Of a stretch of 64,000 nt of DNA, positions 60,727-64,000 are shown piece after piece. Each line of letters begins with the position of its first letter. The stretch's first letter is position 1. The translations under genes were made by a program, and so were the position numbers. Location: contig NC_057753.1 in the NCBI RefSeq assembly GCF_004010195.1, positions 8,217,309 through 8,281,308 on the forward strand. Reading direction: 5' to 3'. Source of the DNA: Chiloscyllium plagiosum. Its lineage: Eukaryota. Below the pieces are notes generated by a model. It saw only the letters and a program-made list of their open reading frames with translations, searched no databases and was not told where the DNA came from.

Positions 60727-63385
60727 TAAATGTGAAGTGATACATTTTGGAAGGTCGAACTTGAATGCTGAATCTAGGATTAAAGACAGGATTCCTGACA
60801 GTGTGGAGGAACAGAAGTATCTTGGTGTTCAAGTGCACAGGTCCCTCAAAGTTGCCACCAAAGTGGATAAGGTTGTTAAGAAAGCATATGATGTTTTGGC
60901 TTGCATTAACGGGGGGCTGGGGTCATGTTTCAGAGCCACGAGGTTTTTGCTGCAGCTCTACAAGTCTCTGGTGCGACCACATTTGGAATATTGTGTTAAG
61001 TTCTGGTCGCCCCATTATTGGAAATATACGGAGGCTTTGACGAGGGTACAAAGAAGCTTTGCCAGGATGCTGCCTGGGCTGGAAGATGTGTCTTACGAAG
61101 GAAGTTTGACTAAGCTCGGACCTGTCCTCCTGGAGAGAAGGCGAAAGTGAGGTGATCGAGGTATTCAAAGTAATGAGAGACATGGATGGAGTCGATGGCC
61201 AGAGAATTCTACCCAGGGCAGGATTGAATAGCACGAGGCGTCATAGTTTTAAGGTGTTAGGAGGAAGATTTAGAGAATACTTCAGAGGTAGGTTCTTTAC
61301 ACAGAGAGTTGTGAGTACATGGAATGCGCTGCCAGTGGCGGTGGTGGAAGCAGAGTCCCTCGGGACACTTAAGCGGTTGCTGGACATGTACATGGACAGT
61401 AGCGAATTGAGGGGTGCGTAGGTAAGATAATTTTATTTTAAATTCCAAATAATCCTCGGCACAATATCGTGGGCCGAAGGGCCTGTTTTGCGATGGACTT
61501 TTCTATGTTCTGTGTTCTAACCTGTATCAATCTTCAACTTATTCATTCCAAAAAGACCAAATGAATAACGACAGTCTTCTTTCATAAGTGGTTGGGAAAG
61601 CAGTACTTACATAATATTGCACCACGTTAGTTTCAAATAGTTTTGGCAAAACATTGTGTTGACTTCGCAGAAAAGAATAATCAACTTTGAGTTTCAATGG
61701 TTTCATGGAAACACCTTTTGCAAGGCAACAGGAAAATTCGGAATCTGCATGGTATTTGGCACTACTATTAAGAATGAATACGGAATGTGAAACCAATTGT
61801 TTTAGTTCTTCAGTTGTTTGGCTTCCCCCCCCCCCCCCCCCCCCCACCCCCACCGTTTCCAGAAATTATGGGTTGTCAGTTTAATTACTGATCACAAAGA
61901 TACAAGGTATTGTTGTAAATTGGTGCTGTGAAAGTACTCATTTGGAATAGAAACATATTCAGTGAATTGCAGGAGTCATATTACTTACTCAGCTTGTGTG
62001 AGATGAACGCGTCGTTGCTCCAACTAGCCATGAAAGCAGAACACCTTCAATTTTAAAAACAAAAACAAATTCCTCAAAGAAATCACAAATTTCATAAAAC
62101 GAAATGAAAGGAAGCATTTTATAAAAGTTTGAAAGAATAAATTATGGCTCATGCCTGTTCCAATTGAAGTATTTCTCCTAAGTGACAAAAAAAAGTTATG
62201 TATATTCCTGGACTGAGGGAGGTACAAACGATTGGATATAATCACACAGTTTCTAGGGAAAATAAACGTTTACCTGGCATGAGGAAGTGTGCATGATACA
62301 TGAAGAAAGAGGAAAATGCGCACTTTAGGATTATGTTCAGACATGGAGTCCATAACAAAGTAAAACAGCTGAAGAGTCTTCAAACAGTTGGAAAAAAAAC
62401 AGAGAAACAAATCAAAAGTCCAAACACTACACGTGTAATTCATAAGGATAACATTCAGTGTACACAGGTCCTATTCAATATCTGTAAATTCGCGAGAATT
62501 GGTCTATTTTATCAAATAATTCGACTGTGTGCACAATGCTGCATTAGCATATCGCCAGTCAAAATGCTACAAGTTGATGCAAACATCGTTTTGAAATTTC
62601 AGGGGCTTGTTGTCCTCAGAATTGTTACATATATTACGTTCAAATACATTTAAGTTCGGTAATGGTTTGACTGGACAGTTTGACTTTGGGTCCAGACATT
62701 TACCCTCAGAGCTATGAAGAATATGTCATCATGATTACTATCAGTGTTGGCAGATCCGGTGCTCAGAATGAAATCCAATTTGCACAGGCTAAACTGGTTA
62801 CATCTCTGGAGCAATTCTGAGCATAACACTGCACCCAAGCCTTTGACACCATCAGAACAGATGACCAAGACCTTAACTATATACGCACATATTGTTCAAA
62901 GATCACAAGTTGAATATACATCTGATGAAGTATAAGATTGGCTATTGACGAAGTGGTGACAGGTTATGCATGGTCATAAAATATTCTACAGCTTTTTCTT
63001 CAGTTTCAATCATTTTGCAGAAACGTTTTTCATTTGTCCCCTCGTCGGGATTATGCAATTCAGTTTCATTATTTTTTGAAAAATCAGAAGATCAGATATC
63101 TCCAGGATAAAAACTATGAATTATGGAAATGCACCTTAATGAGTCATTGCCATGTCTATTTAATATATTGTAACTTTTGTTTTAGCCCATGAGCTTTCCT
63201 TCATGTGCAGCATGGAAACAATAATTTTTTTTCTCCTTTTTCCATCTTTTACATTTTGCTCAAATCTAGCTTGCTTCACCAAGTATATTGATCTGCTGAA
63301 AATACCTAGCAGGATATTAAAGGTATGTTTACAAAAATGACACGTGAGCATTGATGCAAGGAAAATTGTTCTCTTAATCTACTTT

Positions 63386-64000
63386 AGAACATATAATATA
63401 GAACAATACAGCACAGAACACGCCATTCGGCCCTCGTTGCTGCACCGACTTGTGAACTATTCTCAGCTCGCCCCCCGACACTATCCCAAAATCATCCACG
63501 TTTTTATATCAGGATCGTTTATAACTCCTTAATGTGGCTGAGTTGACTACATTAGAAGATACTGCATTCCACGGTCTGAATACTCTCTGCGTAAGGAACC
63601 TGCCTCTGACATCTGCCTTAAATCTACCACCCCTTAATTTGTAGTTCTGCTCACCCACCGCCCTCACCCCGTACGAGCTGACGTCATCATCCTAGTAAAA
63701 AGACTTTCATTGTCTACCCTATCCATTCATGTGATCATCTTGTATGTCTATATCAAATCCCATCTCATCCTTTCGCTTGCAAATGAGAACAGGTTCAAGT
63801 ATCTCAGTCTTAACTCATAAGACCTTCCCTCCAGACCAGGCAACATCCGGCTAAATCTCATCTGCACCTTTTCCAATGCTTCCATATTCGTTGCAAAATA
63901 TGGGGGGCAGAACTGTACACAATATTCCAAGTGTGGCCGCACCAGATTTTTTTATAGTTGCAGTATGATATTATAACTCCGGAACTCAATCCCTCCACGA
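63386..64000 (-). mobile_element. CR1 3' end (paralog of 49921-50545), continues past window
   Basis: RPHLEYCVQFCPP...LEKVQ.RFSRMLPGL on the minus strand. Confidence 0.88.

Larger units (their letters stand above)
58144..64000 (+). repeat. Second segmental duplication, unit D (paralogous to 44759-50545)
   Basis: Colinear; has an extra ~200 bp at about 58984-59186 and lacks the 47208-47296 insert. Confidence 0.93.

Noticed and set aside
1..64000. CRISPR array or prokaryotic defence/retron system
   Set aside because: No repeat-spacer array or operon structure; all RT fragments are eukaryotic CR1 LINE.

Overview
Vertebrate genomic DNA, most likely from a shark (inferred from HE1/V-SINE-type SINEs, dense CR1 LINEs and a chondrichthyan-type GPR139-like receptor), with five N gaps. 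The only credible host genes are two tandem, same-strand copies of a two-exon class A GPCR of the GPR139/GPR142-like group. Copy B is complete (32056-32233 joined to 40573-41480, 361 aa). Copy A (7147-7324 plus 15042-15562) has the start of exon 2 hidden in a gap. They lie in a ~14.5/16.7 kb segmental duplication (4.2-18.7 kb vs 28.1-44.8 kb). Copy B is fused through a 4-bp microhomology to a second duplicon (44.8-50.5 kb vs 58.1-64.0 kb). The rest is CR1 LINEs (three retain an esterase ORF1), tRNA-derived SINEs and LTR remnants. There is also a family of very short (about 90-190 bp) Penelope-like inserts carrying a minimal hammerhead-ribozyme motif; the paralogous copies provide filled and empty sites and target-site duplications for them. 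All alignments and counts were made by eye, and repeat boundaries are approximate unless a TSD or junction is quoted.
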